Shown piece by piece: positions 18,032-27,520 of a stretch of 64,000 nt of DNA (position 1 is its first letter; the number at the start of each line of letters is the position of its first letter). The notes under the pieces are model-generated. The model had not been told where the DNA came from. It ran no database searches and saw nothing but the letters and a program-made list of their open reading frames with translations. The DNA comes from an uncultured Spirochaetota bacterium (GTDB lineage: Bacteria; Spirochaetota; B62-G9; DRHN01): the NCBI GenBank assembly GCA_964433545.1, contig CAYSRJ010000015.1:18-64017 (forward strand), read 5' to 3'. A program made the position numbers and the translations under genes.

Positions 18032-19516
18032 TCATGTGTTAAATAGTTTTAATTTCTCCAAAATTTCGATTGCGCTTTTCATTCTCGAAAGCACGCGTTC
18101 TTTACCCAGCACTCTCATTGTTTCAAAAAGTCCCGGTGAAACTTTTGTTCCTGTTATTGCAACCCGAAGTGTCATAAAAACCTGGCCGGCCTTCAGGGTG
18201 AGCTCATTTACCAGGTCCCTCATTGCGGCTTCGATCTGGGTATCCTGAAAAGGATCGACAGCATCGAGCTCCTCGGTCGCTGCGTGTAGAATATTAACCG
18301 CGTCTTTTGAAGACAATTTCTTCGGAATCAAAGCAGTCGGATCTTTTATCTCGAATCTGTCGTCAAAAAAGAACCAGACGTAATTGGTTATCTCAGAAAG
18401 AAGCTTGAGCCGCTCGCGAACGAGCGGGAGGATCCGGAGAAGGTATTCCTTCTGAATACTGTTTTTCGAGGTAACAATGCCGTCCCTCTTGAGGTACGGG
18501 TAAACAAGCTCGTAGAGTTCCTGCGGAGATTTTTTCCGGATATAAACTCCGTTGAACCAGTCGAGTTTTTCATATGAAAAAACAGCGGCCGATTTGTTTA
18601 CCCTGGTAATGTCAAATTCGCGGATAAGATCGGACATGCTGAACAGCTCGGTTTTATCGTCAAGAGACCACCCCAACAAAGCGATAAAGTTGAGCACGGC
18701 TTCACCGAGATACCCCCTCTCGATGAACTCTTTCACCATGGTTGCGCCGTGCCTTTTGGAAAGCTTACCCCCACCGGAAGCGAGGATAACCGGTACATGT
18801 GCGAATTCGGGAGGCCCCCAACCGAATGCTTTGTAAAGAATCATGTGACGCGGTGTGCTTGATATCCACTCCTCGCCTCGTATGACATGAGATATTTCCA
18901 TACGGTGATCGTCAACCACATTCGCAAGATGGTAGGTCGGAAAACCGTCCGACTTGAGGAGTACCAGGTCATCGAGCAGTCCGTTGTTTGTAACGATTCT
19001 ACCTCTGATGAGATCGTTGAATGCGGTTTTACCCTCAAGCGGAGCCTTAAGACGAATCACAGACGTGTCTTGTTCTTTTTCATGCTGCTCTTTCTTATCT
19101 TCAGTAAGATTCCTGCAGTGCCTGTCATAACCCGTATCGAGGCCCAACTTTTCACGTTCTTTCCTGAGCGCCGCAAGACGTTCAGGTGTGCAGTAGCATC
19201 TGTACGCATTACCCGAGTCTATCAGCTTTTCAGCATATGTTCGATACAGGTCAGTGCGTTCTGACTGCATATACGGGCCGAAAGGCCCACCGATGTCTGG
19301 GCCCTCTTCCCACTGTATACCGAGCCATTTCAAAGAGTGCACGATATCTTCGAGCGCCTCACCGACAAACCTGGACCTGTCCGTGTCTTCAATTCGTAGA
19401 ATAAATGTGCCGCTGTGATGTTTTGCGAAGAGGTAGGAAAACAGTGCTGTTCTCAGACCACCGATATGGAGAAACCCTGTGGGACTTGGCGCAAAACGTG
19501 TTCGTATAGTCTCCAT
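18032..19516 (-). CDS. gltX: Glutamate--tRNA ligase
   Basis: RFAPSPTGFLHIGG, LRIEDTD, PTYHLANVVDDH, IRGEEW, KLSKR. Confidence 0.98.
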   Translation of the reverse strand: METIRTRFAPSPTGFLHIGGLRTALFSYLFAKHHSGTFILRIEDTDRSRFVGEALEDIVHSLKWLGIQWEEGPDIGGPFGPYMQSERTDLYRTYAEKLIDSGNAYRCYCTPERLAALRKEREKLGLDTGYDRHCRNLTEDKKEQHEKEQDTSVIRLKAPLEGKTAFNDLIRGRIVTNNGLLDDLVLLKSDGFPTYHLANVVDDHRMEISHVIRGEEWISSTPRHMILYKAFGWGPPEFAHVPVILASGGGKLSKRHGATMVKEFIERGYLGEAVLNFIALLGWSLDDKTELFSMSDLIREFDITRVNKSAAVFSYEKLDWFNGVYIRKKSPQELYELVYPYLKRDGIVTSKNSIQKEYLLRILPLVRERLKLLSEITNYVWFFFDDRFEIKDPTALIPKKLSSKDAVNILHAATEELDAVDPFQDTQIEAAMRDLVNELTLKAGQVFMTLRVAITGTKVSPGLFETMRVLGKERVLSRMKSAIEILEKLKLFNT

Positions 19517-19672
19517 GACGGTGGCTCCGGGGATTTTTTACACTGTGGGTAGAATATACTAACACTGTTATTAAGCTTCAAATAAAAACAGTGCATGAGC
19601 CAATCGAAATAAAAATGTTGCAAAAAGAAATGCGCTGCCATACATTATTGAAAGGAATTCCGGGAGAGGTGG

Positions 19673-20962
19673 ATGGAAAAGTTTGTAGTCCAGGGCGGAT
19701 ATAAACTGCATGGAACCGTGACTCCCAGCGGTAATAAAAATGCTGCTCTCCCCATTCTGGCTGCTACCCTTCTAACTGATGAAGAAATAATTCTTGAAAA
19801 CATCCCGAAAATCAGGGATGTGGAAATCATGGTGAATCTCCTCGAATCGCTTGACTCGGATGTCAGATGGCTCGATGAGGATATACTGTCTATAAAAACC
19901 CGTATCCCCGATAAGAAAACAATTGCTTTGAACAGGGAGTATGCATGCGAGATCCGTGCTTCAATACTGCTGGCGGGACCGCTTGTCGCCCGGTCAAAGA
20001 ATGTTGTTTTCCCGCCCCCGGGGGGCGATGTAATAGGAAGAAGGCGCCTCGACACCCATTTTTTAGGCCTCCAGGCACTCGGAGCTGCGGTGCGAACCGA
20101 GAAACAGGGTTTTTCAATTGAAAGTGGGAAGCTGACGGGGGCCGGTGTCTTTCTCGACGAGCCGAGTGTTACCGCTACTGAGAATGCAATTATGGCAAGT
20201 GTGCTGTCAGAGGGCACGACAGTAATACGAAATGCCGCCTCGGAACCGCATGTGCAGGACCTCATCGGTTTTCTGAATGCGCTTGGGGCACGAATATCCG
20301 GGGCGGGTAGTAACGTGCTTACCATCGAAGGATCAAGCTCACTTTCCGGGGGGAAATGGCGTATTATAGGCGATCACATTGAAGTGGGAAGCTTCATCAG
20401 CCTTGCCGCTGTTACGGGGGGGGAAATAACCGTTAAAAACGTTGAAGTGGGCCACCTGACCATGATCCTCTATTATTTTGAAAAACTGGGTGTGACGGTT
20501 GATGTACGGGAAAACGATATCGTTGTACCAGGCGGTCAGAAACTGGTGATTAAAAACGACCATTTCGGAGAGATAACAACCATTTACGATGCGCCGTGGC
20601 CGGGGTTCCCGACGGACCTCACCAGCATCGCAGTTGTGACGGCCACGCAGTCAGAAGGCACAGTCCTTATTTTCGAAAAAATGTTTGACGGCAGGCTTTT
20701 CTTTGCTGACAGACTTTCCGCCATGGGCGCGCGAATTGTTCTTTGTGACCCGCACCGGGTTGTTGTTGCCGGTGTCTCAAAGCTTTACGGAACAGAACTT
20801 GTCAGTCCTGACATTCGGGCCGGGATGGCGCTCCTTATTGCGAGTCTTTGCGCTGAAGGTGAGAGTATCATACACAATGTCGGGCAGATAGATAGGGGAT
20901 ACCTCCGCCTCGAAGAAAGACTCGGCTTCCTGGGAGCCCGTATTAAAAGAGTGGAAGAATAA
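19673..20962 (+). CDS. murA: UDP-N-acetylglucosamine 1-carboxyvinyltransferase
   Basis: [34 protein letters not shown] (Asp in place of the Cys targeted by fosfomycin), SVTATEN, PGFPTD, DIRAG, RGY. Confidence 0.96.
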   Translation: MEKFVVQGGYKLHGTVTPSGNKNAALPILAATLLTDEEIILENIPKIRDVEIMVNLLESLDSDVRWLDEDILSIKTRIPDKKTIALNREYACEIRASILLAGPLVARSKNVVFPPPGGDVIGRRRLDTHFLGLQALGAAVRTEKQGFSIESGKLTGAGVFLDEPSVTATENAIMASVLSEGTTVIRNAASEPHVQDLIGFLNALGARISGAGSNVLTIEGSSSLSGGKWRIIGDHIEVGSFISLAAVTGGEITVKNVEVGHLTMILYYFEKLGVTVDVRENDIVVPGGQKLVIKNDHFGEITTIYDAPWPGFPTDLTSIAVVTATQSEGTVLIFEKMFDGRLFFADRLSAMGARIVLCDPHRVVVAGVSKLYGTELVSPDIRAGMALLIASLCAEGESIIHNVGQIDRGYLRLEERLGFLGARIKRVEE

Positions 20963-21050
20963 AGTGTCGTACGTCCTTGACAGGATGTATCATTTCGCGA
21001 CCGAGTATCAAACAGCAACTTGCTCGAAGTTACGTAGAAGACCGTTATAG

Positions 21051-22643
21051 ATGAAAACAAAAACGAAAACCCTGCTGAATATTGCGTCTATTTACCTTAT
21101 TTCGCTTTCGATAACTCTTTTCATCATTTACCTGTTTTATACAACAGATCTGAAAGATCAGAAACTCACCGAAAACCGGGAAACACTGCAGTTTATTCTT
21201 TCGTTGATTGATGCGAGGATTCAGGCGCTTCGAATGGATGCGGATATTAACACAAAGCAAGGTGGATATCCGGATGGTGTGTACAACAACGTAGTTGGCT
21301 CCATTGCCGATTACTTCGCAGTTGATGCTTCACAGTCAATCATGATATTCAAGACCGAGAACGGCGGGCTTGTATATCCTCCTTCCGGCCGCGGACTTAA
21401 GGCGCCTGATGAAGTGTTATCCGGTACCGCTTCACAAATTGAGGGAAAGCTCGTACTGCCGGAAAAATTCGGCTACTTTGTGAATTACAGTGAGCTCGGC
21501 CTCACCTTTTTCGTGTTTTCCAAAAATAGGGATGTTTTTCAGTACAGGAATCTACTCCTGTTTGTTGTTGCCGGTCTTACTGCTGTGCTGGCATTGATTG
21601 TTTTAATAATAAACGGGAGAATGTTCAGGATGTGGCATATGTTTATGGATACAGCCGTAAGGCGGTTTCAAAATGTTGTCCAGGGAAAGGAAAAGACGCC
21701 CTCGATGCTGCAGGGTGGATTCGGCACTGATGAGAAAGCTTTCATTGAGGGCTACAATGCTATGACCACACGGGTTGGAGAGTGGATAAAAAAGCGTGAA
21801 GAAAAGCTGAATGCACTCATGAAACAGAGAGATAATTTAAAAAAGATTGTGTTCCTGTATAAGAAGCATATTCCGGATAAAATACTTTTAAAACTGAATG
21901 AAAAAAATATTACAGAGACAGTGAGCAGAAGGCAGAATATAATATCCTTGATGATAGAGTTGCAGAATTTTCTAACACCCATAAAGGATCTCTATCCGCA
22001 GGTAATTACGGATGAGCTCAACGATTTTCATATATTTTTAAAAGCATCGGCTGCGAAAAAAAACGGGTTGATCAACTTTTCAAACGGGTACCGAATAAAT
22101 CTTGTTTTTGGTATTCCCCGGGAAGATGCGCTCTCATACGGTAACGCGGTACAATGTGCAAAAGATACAATGAGATGGATAGCGGAGCGGAACCGATCCG
22201 ATAGAAATAAAAGCGGTATAAAATGGACCGTGCGAATGGGAGTTTCATCTGACATGGGCGTCACCGGAGTTGTTGGTAATGAGTATCTCGTTCTCGGAGA
22301 TTCAGTTGAATCAAGTGCGCAGATGCTTGAAAAAGCTCGGGCATTCGGTGTCTATCTTGTGACTGATTCGATACATGACCTCGAAAAGGTGGAATCCCTC
22401 TATTTCAGAAAGCTCGATATGGCGCAATCCTCTACGGAAATCGGACGGGATATATATGAAATATTCCTGCATGAACATACGATGTTGGAGCAGGCTGTCA
22501 AGCTGTATACCCACGGTATTGAGATGTACTATGAACAAAAATATGAAATGGCTGTGTATGATTTTAAAAAGGTGATTAAAATATTCGAAGTGGACGGCCC
22601 GTCATCGCTGTTTCTGGAAAAATGTGAAGATCATCTAAGATAA
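21051..22643 (+). CDS. Membrane-anchored class III nucleotide-cyclase-like protein with degenerate catalytic residues and a C-terminal TPR-like region
   Basis: Two TM segments, a coiled coil, then IISLMIELQNF...NGYRINLVFG...VRMGVSS...YLVLGDSVESSAQML (cyclase fold); helical C-terminus. Confidence 0.72.
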   Translation: MKTKTKTLLNIASIYLISLSITLFIIYLFYTTDLKDQKLTENRETLQFILSLIDARIQALRMDADINTKQGGYPDGVYNNVVGSIADYFAVDASQSIMIFKTENGGLVYPPSGRGLKAPDEVLSGTASQIEGKLVLPEKFGYFVNYSELGLTFFVFSKNRDVFQYRNLLLFVVAGLTAVLALIVLIINGRMFRMWHMFMDTAVRRFQNVVQGKEKTPSMLQGGFGTDEKAFIEGYNAMTTRVGEWIKKREEKLNALMKQRDNLKKIVFLYKKHIPDKILLKLNEKNITETVSRRQNIISLMIELQNFLTPIKDLYPQVITDELNDFHIFLKASAAKKNGLINFSNGYRINLVFGIPREDALSYGNAVQCAKDTMRWIAERNRSDRNKSGIKWTVRMGVSSDMGVTGVVGNEYLVLGDSVESSAQMLEKARAFGVYLVTDSIHDLEKVESLYFRKLDMAQSSTEIGRDIYEIFLHEHTMLEQAVKLYTHGIEMYYEQKYEMAVYDFKKVIKIFEVDGPSSLFLEKCEDHLR

Positions 22644-22786
22644 TTTTTTATTAGTATGCAAACGTGTAAATACTCGTTAAATTTCATACGATAATGTGTG
22701 CGATGAACCGTTCATCTTTTTGGCTGAATGGTTCGAGTGTCGAAATTATTAACAGAGGTTTTGAGAAATTGACGGAGTGTGAGAGA

Positions 22787-23230
22787 ATGGAAGAACTTAC
22801 AATTGAAGAAATGATCAGATATACGGTGAGGATACAGCAGGATTCATTTTTATTCTATAGAAAGGCGGCAAAGTTTCTTGAAGGTAATGAGCTCAAATCA
22901 TTTGCAGACAGCCTTGCCGACAACAAGGCATATCATCTCCACGAGCTGAAAAACCTGCTGAACGAATGCATTATTAACGGTGACGACCTGGGCGAAATGG
23001 TGGATGTCGACACTACAGTATTCGATGAAATTCTTGCAAAGGGAACTATTCCGGTACACGCAACGCCGGTTGATGTTATGTGTCTCTCGTATACCAGGGA
23101 GAAGAATACGAAAAAAACCTATGAGATGGTATTGAAGCTGCCGGCTCTGCATGGTAAGGTTGCACGTGTCTTTTCGTCGCTCATGGAAATGCAGGACAGA
23201 AATATGCATGATATACGTACGAAGATATAG
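22787..23230 (+). CDS. Ferritin-like / rubrerythrin-family protein
   Basis: TIEEMIRYTVRIQQDSFLFYRKAA...LADNKAYHLHEL, EKNTKKTYE; a four-helix ferritin-like pattern. ATG22787 is preferred over 22694. Confidence 0.65.
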   Translation: MEELTIEEMIRYTVRIQQDSFLFYRKAAKFLEGNELKSFADSLADNKAYHLHELKNLLNECIINGDDLGEMVDVDTTVFDEILAKGTIPVHATPVDVMCLSYTREKNTKKTYEMVLKLPALHGKVARVFSSLMEMQDRNMHDIRTKI

Positions 23231-23241
23231 TGAAGTTTGGT

Positions 23242-23700
23242 CTATTTCAGTGCATCGGCAAACTGTTCAAACACTTCGTACTTTGTGCTCAACTCGATAA
23301 ATTGTTGGCGTCTCTCCGGTTTTTTTATAACCGTTGTCAGCTGCGCGAGAATACGAAGATACTTCTCCTGTTTTTTTTCAGGGCCTGCGATGAGGAAAAT
23401 AAGATACACCGGTTTGCAGTCGAGTGAATCCCAGTTTACGCCTCTCTTATGAATTCCTACTGTAATGAAAAATTCTTCGATCTGGGGGAGTTTTACGTGC
23501 GGAATGGCGACGCCGTATCCGATTCCCGTACTCATAATAGATTCGCGTTTCAAAAGCGCTTTTTTGAAGCGCATGACATCTTCTACCTTGCCGTCATCCC
23601 GTGATATCTTGATCAGATCGTCGATTACCTCTTCCTTGGTTGTTGCTGTGGTGAACAGCACCCGGTTGATACTGAGATAATCGAGGAGTTTAATAATCAT
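23242..23700 (-). CDS. PTS EIIA component (fructose/nitrogen-regulatory family)
   Basis: RESIMSTGIGYGVAIPH (phospho-His), WDSLDCKPVYLIFLI. Confidence 0.92.
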   Translation of the reverse strand: MIIKLLDYLSINRVLFTTATTKEEVIDDLIKISRDDGKVEDVMRFKKALLKRESIMSTGIGYGVAIPHVKLPQIEEFFITVGIHKRGVNWDSLDCKPVYLIFLIAGPEKKQEKYLRILAQLTTVIKKPERRQQFIELSTKYEVFEQFADALK

Positions 23701-23788
23701 CGTTTTTCTCCGAAAATGGCCGGCGCACGCTTGCGTAACACCCGGGCTGAAAACTCCGAGTAAATGTACCCCTTTGATGAAAAAAGAG

Positions 23789-25114
23789 CTATCGAAAAAT
23801 CATACTTTCGAATCTTTCCAGCGCGAGCTGTTGGCATTTTTCCAGAAGCGTGTCTTCATCACATGTTTTGAGTTTTCCATTGTCCACCACGATATCACCG
23901 TCGATGATGACGGTTTCAACATCGGCAGTTTCCGCACAGGTGACCAGGTTTTCAAGAACGTTTGAACTGTTGTTATGATAAAGCGGCAGCATACGGGTGT
24001 TGAAAAAATTGACTATGGTAATACATGCCCGTTTACCCGGTTCTATCGACCCCAGGTCACTGTCGAGGTTAAATACCTTCGCTCCGCCCATTGTTGCCGC
24101 GTACAGGCAATCGTGCGGACTGATGGCAGAGGGTTCGGATGAGACCCTCTGCAGGAGAAGCAGCGTCTTCATCTCTGAAAACAAACTTGCCGAATCATTC
24201 CAGAGCGCCCCGTCCGTGCCGAGTCCGATCGGTACTCCGTCTTTCAGAAGTGACACCACCGGTGCAGTTCCGTCTGAAATTTTCATCTCGGCAGCCGGAC
24301 AGTTAACGATTCGCGATCCCCGGTCCCTCAGCAGTTCCCGGTCGCTCTCGCCAATGTATACCCCGTGCGAACCGATGATCCGTTGATTCAGAAAATGGAT
24401 ACTGTCAAGGTATTCAATCGATGTTTTTTTATACCGCTTTCTGACTATATCTTCCCGCCATTTCGTTTCTGCAAGGTGCATCTGGATCAGGGTATCAAGA
24501 TCCTCCGCGCGATTAAGAAGCATATGCAGGAGGTCTTCATGAAAGTCCTCTTCAGCAGGTGCTTCGACAATCGGCAGAATGCCTTTTTGTCTAAGGTTCT
24601 CTGCGGTTTTGAAGTACCTTTTTTCATCAACCAGTTCGCCGGATAAAAAATCGGTGCGGTAATCCATAACAACTGCGCCCGCAACACCGACTTCCGCGAA
24701 TGGAGATGTTAAATCGTCCCCTTCCCACCAGAATGGAACATCGCAGATAAACGCAGTACCGCCCTTTACCGCTTCCGCGTACTGAAGCAGGCGGCCATAG
24801 TGCCTCGCCTCTCTATCAAGCTCATCCCTGAACCACCTCTTTCTGCTCACACACGAATCGTGATCCTGTTCATACAGGGTAAGTCCATCGCCGAGGCCCC
24901 TGGCAAGAGTTATATCACAGTGAATATGTCCGTTGATAAACCCGGGAAGTGCAATCCTGTTCTTCCCGTCAATGACGGTATCACCCGGGTGTAGTGCAAC
25001 AGGCTTCTTTGAGACGGACAGTATCCTATCTTTATCGATGACTATTGAATAGCGGCCGATCTCATGTCTGCTGTTCATCGTTACAGTCAGAATGTCTCTT
25101 ATAATCAATCTCAT
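23789..25114 (-). CDS. Amidohydrolase (MTA/SAH deaminase-like)
   Basis: LPGFINGHIH, HLAET, GSHGV, NCPAAEMK, GLGTDG, GSIEPGKRA. Confidence 0.88.
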   Translation of the reverse strand: MRLIIRDILTVTMNSRHEIGRYSIVIDKDRILSVSKKPVALHPGDTVIDGKNRIALPGFINGHIHCDITLARGLGDGLTLYEQDHDSCVSRKRWFRDELDREARHYGRLLQYAEAVKGGTAFICDVPFWWEGDDLTSPFAEVGVAGAVVMDYRTDFLSGELVDEKRYFKTAENLRQKGILPIVEAPAEEDFHEDLLHMLLNRAEDLDTLIQMHLAETKWREDIVRKRYKKTSIEYLDSIHFLNQRIIGSHGVYIGESDRELLRDRGSRIVNCPAAEMKISDGTAPVVSLLKDGVPIGLGTDGALWNDSASLFSEMKTLLLLQRVSSEPSAISPHDCLYAATMGGAKVFNLDSDLGSIEPGKRACITIVNFFNTRMLPLYHNNSSNVLENLVTCAETADVETVIIDGDIVVDNGKLKTCDEDTLLEKCQQLALERFESMIFR

Positions 25115-25214
25115 TGCAGTTCCATGCCAGGAAATTATAAACTCTCTTTGAGGTATTCCATAATCCAGGAAAACAGTATACTATAAAAAACAGAAAAAAT
25201 GGTGGTAAAAAAGG

Positions 25215-26672
25215 ATGAAATTGCGTGAAATAGTGAATTCTGCAGCTGTCGTTACCTATGATGGGATGCTCAACCCCGATATATCGATGGTAAGCGCTGA
25301 TTCGAGGACCGTGAAAAAGGGCGGGATGTTTATTGCAATCGATGGGTACAGGGACAATGGGCACCGCTATATAGATGACGCGGTTTTGCGAGGTGCAGCT
25401 GCCGTTGTGGTCGAGAACGGGGTCAGAGTAAAGGCGCCCGATTCGGTGGCCATGTGTACGACACGGTCGGCCCGGCAGAGTGTACTGCTCATATCGCGCG
25501 CTTTTTTCGGGTACCCATCCGGTTCATTTCAGCTCGTAGGAATTACAGGAACGAATGGGAAAACCACGGTAACCTATCTGCTCGAGGCGATCCTCAGGGA
25601 AGCGGGATTCAACCCCGGTGTTATCGGCACGATATCCTACAGGTACAACGATACCGTGGTAAAAGCCGACAATACGACACCCGATCCGGTTGCAGTACAG
25701 CGGTTATTTGCCGAGATGCGGGATGGAGGCATAACCCATGCGGTAATGGAGGTGTCCTCACATGCTCTTGCCATGGACAGGGTTCTGCCCGGAGATTTCG
25801 ATTATGCGGTGTTAACCAATCTCAGCCAGGACCATCTCGATTTTCATTCAAGCATGGACGATTATTTCAGGGCTAAATCAAAGCTTTTTACCGGTCTGCA
25901 TAAGGGCGCGGGTATGGTAATCAATTCCGACGATCCCTATGGAAGAAAGCTTCTGAATATCACGGGAATAGAACAAACAACGTATGGATTGAATCGGGGT
26001 GCGGACTTTGCTGCACATGATTACACATTGTCCATTAAAGGGACTCGGTTTTTCATCAACAAAACGCTTTATGAGACCCGGCTTGTCGGTGTGCACAATA
26101 TATACAATATTCTGTCGGCTGTAGCGCTCGCACGTGCGATGGATATCGAAGAAAAAACAGTGCAAAAGGCGATCAGAGACATTGAAACCGTGCCAGGCAG
26201 ATTCGAACGGGTTCCGGGCGGCATGGGATTTCACGTCTTTGTGGATTACGCACACACGCCGGATGCCCTCGTGCACCTCCTCGATGCGGCAGTTGTCCTT
26301 AAGGAGGGCCGGATCATCACCGTATTCGGGTGCGGCGGTGACAGGGATAGAACGAAACGACCGAAGATGGGAAAGATCGTTGAGGAGCGCTCCGACATAG
26401 CTATCGTGACCTCCGACAACCCGAGAACCGAAGACCCGCTTGCAATTATAGAAGACATTAAAAAGGGTTTGACCGGAGACAATCACATCATCATCCCCGA
26501 CCGCCGGGAGGCTGTTTACCGTGCAATCGAGCTTGCGCAAAAGGACGACATTGTACTGATTGCAGGCAAGGGTCATGAAGATTACCAGGTGCTTGGCACA
26601 AAAAAAGTCCACTTTGATGATCGCGAGATCGCACTGGAAGCCTTACAGCAACTCAGAATCAAAGGGACATAA
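25215..26672 (+). CDS. murE: UDP-N-acetylmuramoyl-tripeptide ligase
   Basis: GITGTNGKTT, NTTPD, MEVSSH, TNLSQDHLDFH, VPGRFE, DYAHTPD, FGCGGDRD, TSDNPR, AGKGHE. Confidence 0.97.
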   Translation: MKLREIVNSAAVVTYDGMLNPDISMVSADSRTVKKGGMFIAIDGYRDNGHRYIDDAVLRGAAAVVVENGVRVKAPDSVAMCTTRSARQSVLLISRAFFGYPSGSFQLVGITGTNGKTTVTYLLEAILREAGFNPGVIGTISYRYNDTVVKADNTTPDPVAVQRLFAEMRDGGITHAVMEVSSHALAMDRVLPGDFDYAVLTNLSQDHLDFHSSMDDYFRAKSKLFTGLHKGAGMVINSDDPYGRKLLNITGIEQTTYGLNRGADFAAHDYTLSIKGTRFFINKTLYETRLVGVHNIYNILSAVALARAMDIEEKTVQKAIRDIETVPGRFERVPGGMGFHVFVDYAHTPDALVHLLDAAVVLKEGRIITVFGCGGDRDRTKRPKMGKIVEERSDIAIVTSDNPRTEDPLAIIEDIKKGLTGDNHIIIPDRREAVYRAIELAQKDDIVLIAGKGHEDYQVLGTKKVHFDDREIALEALQQLRIKGT

Positions 26673-26751
26673 TACTTATTTATGGGGCATGGGTAATTAT
26701 GGAGACATAATACTTCTCATAGGATAAAAGTAATTATGGAGGCGTAATACT
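26664..26751. repeat. About 2.5 imperfect direct repeats (37-38 bp period) of a quasi-palindromic 22-mer at the murE 3' end
   Basis: gtaattatggagacataatact (26693-26714), gtaattatggaggcgtaatact (26730-26751) and a partial copy acataatact (26667-26676) that includes the murE stop. Confidence 0.7.
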
Positions 26752-27092
26752 ATCCGGATTCTTTATTAGAAAGAGAAGTCATTTGCAATATGTTTTTAGA
26801 AGTGCCGGATGAGCAGTCCTGTTGCAAGATCCCCTGCGAAACTCCCTGCAGAAAGGTGTACGGGAGTTTTTTCTACCGAGACCCACAATTATTAAAAAAT
26901 CGAGAGAATGCAATAAAAAAAAGAAAAATGTGTTATACTGTATTGAAGAGTATGATAGAATTATTCTTTCAGTCTAGTAAACAATCTTTCTTAATATATA
27001 ATTTTGATATTTTCTTTATTAGCTATTTTTACCTTATTGCTTCGTTTCAAAAAAAACAAATATGATATTAAAAATAATAAAGAAGGAATTGA

Positions 27093-27428
27093 TTGATGAA
27101 TATCCGCAAGACAATTAAACAGGAGCTCGTCCGACTTCAAAAAGATCAAGAGAGATACTCGAAAGGTAAATCCATGGATTACAAGTATCGGTATTGGTCA
27201 ACTTCTGGCAAAGTCGATGTTTTAAAACAATTTTTTAATACCAGAAAATTAAAGCTGAAGGATATTGAGGATTTAAAACTGGAGGTTCAAAATAAATACG
27301 AAGGAATCAGAAGGATTCCAAAGGCTGAAAGAAATATTTATCAGACCTTTGACGGCATTTACCTGGAGGGGAAGCTTGATATTATTAACGACTGGGTTAT
27401 TCTTAAATTTTTTAAAATAAAACCATAA
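27093..27428 (+). CDS. Hypothetical basic protein (AT-rich ORFan)
   Basis: 111-aa ORF with its own TTGCTT-17-TATGAT promoter (27038-27066) and an AAGGAA SD. I do not recognise a family. Confidence 0.65.
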   Translation: MMNIRKTIKQELVRLQKDQERYSKGKSMDYKYRYWSTSGKVDVLKQFFNTRKLKLKDIEDLKLEVQNKYEGIRRIPKAERNIYQTFDGIYLEGKLDIINDWVILKFFKIKP

Positions 27429-27520
27429 ATTCTCTAATTTGCCATAACCCTTGATGTAACACTGCTGTTTTTACGTACTAATAGGCAAATGCGAATAACG
27501 AATTGCCTAAAGATAGGAGA

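Noticed and set aside
26664-26751. Possible mini-CRISPR array or dif site
   Set aside because: There are only about 2.5 copies, the gaps are 15-16 nt, and no cas genes are present. The CATAA/TTATG spacing is 7 rather than 6 bp and the XerD arm does not match. Kept only as an unexplained repeat.
26790-27065. 91-aa ORF after murE
   Set aside because: Low-complexity AT-rich sequence overlapping a terminator-like stem (aaactccc/gggagttt) and promoter elements, with no coding signal.
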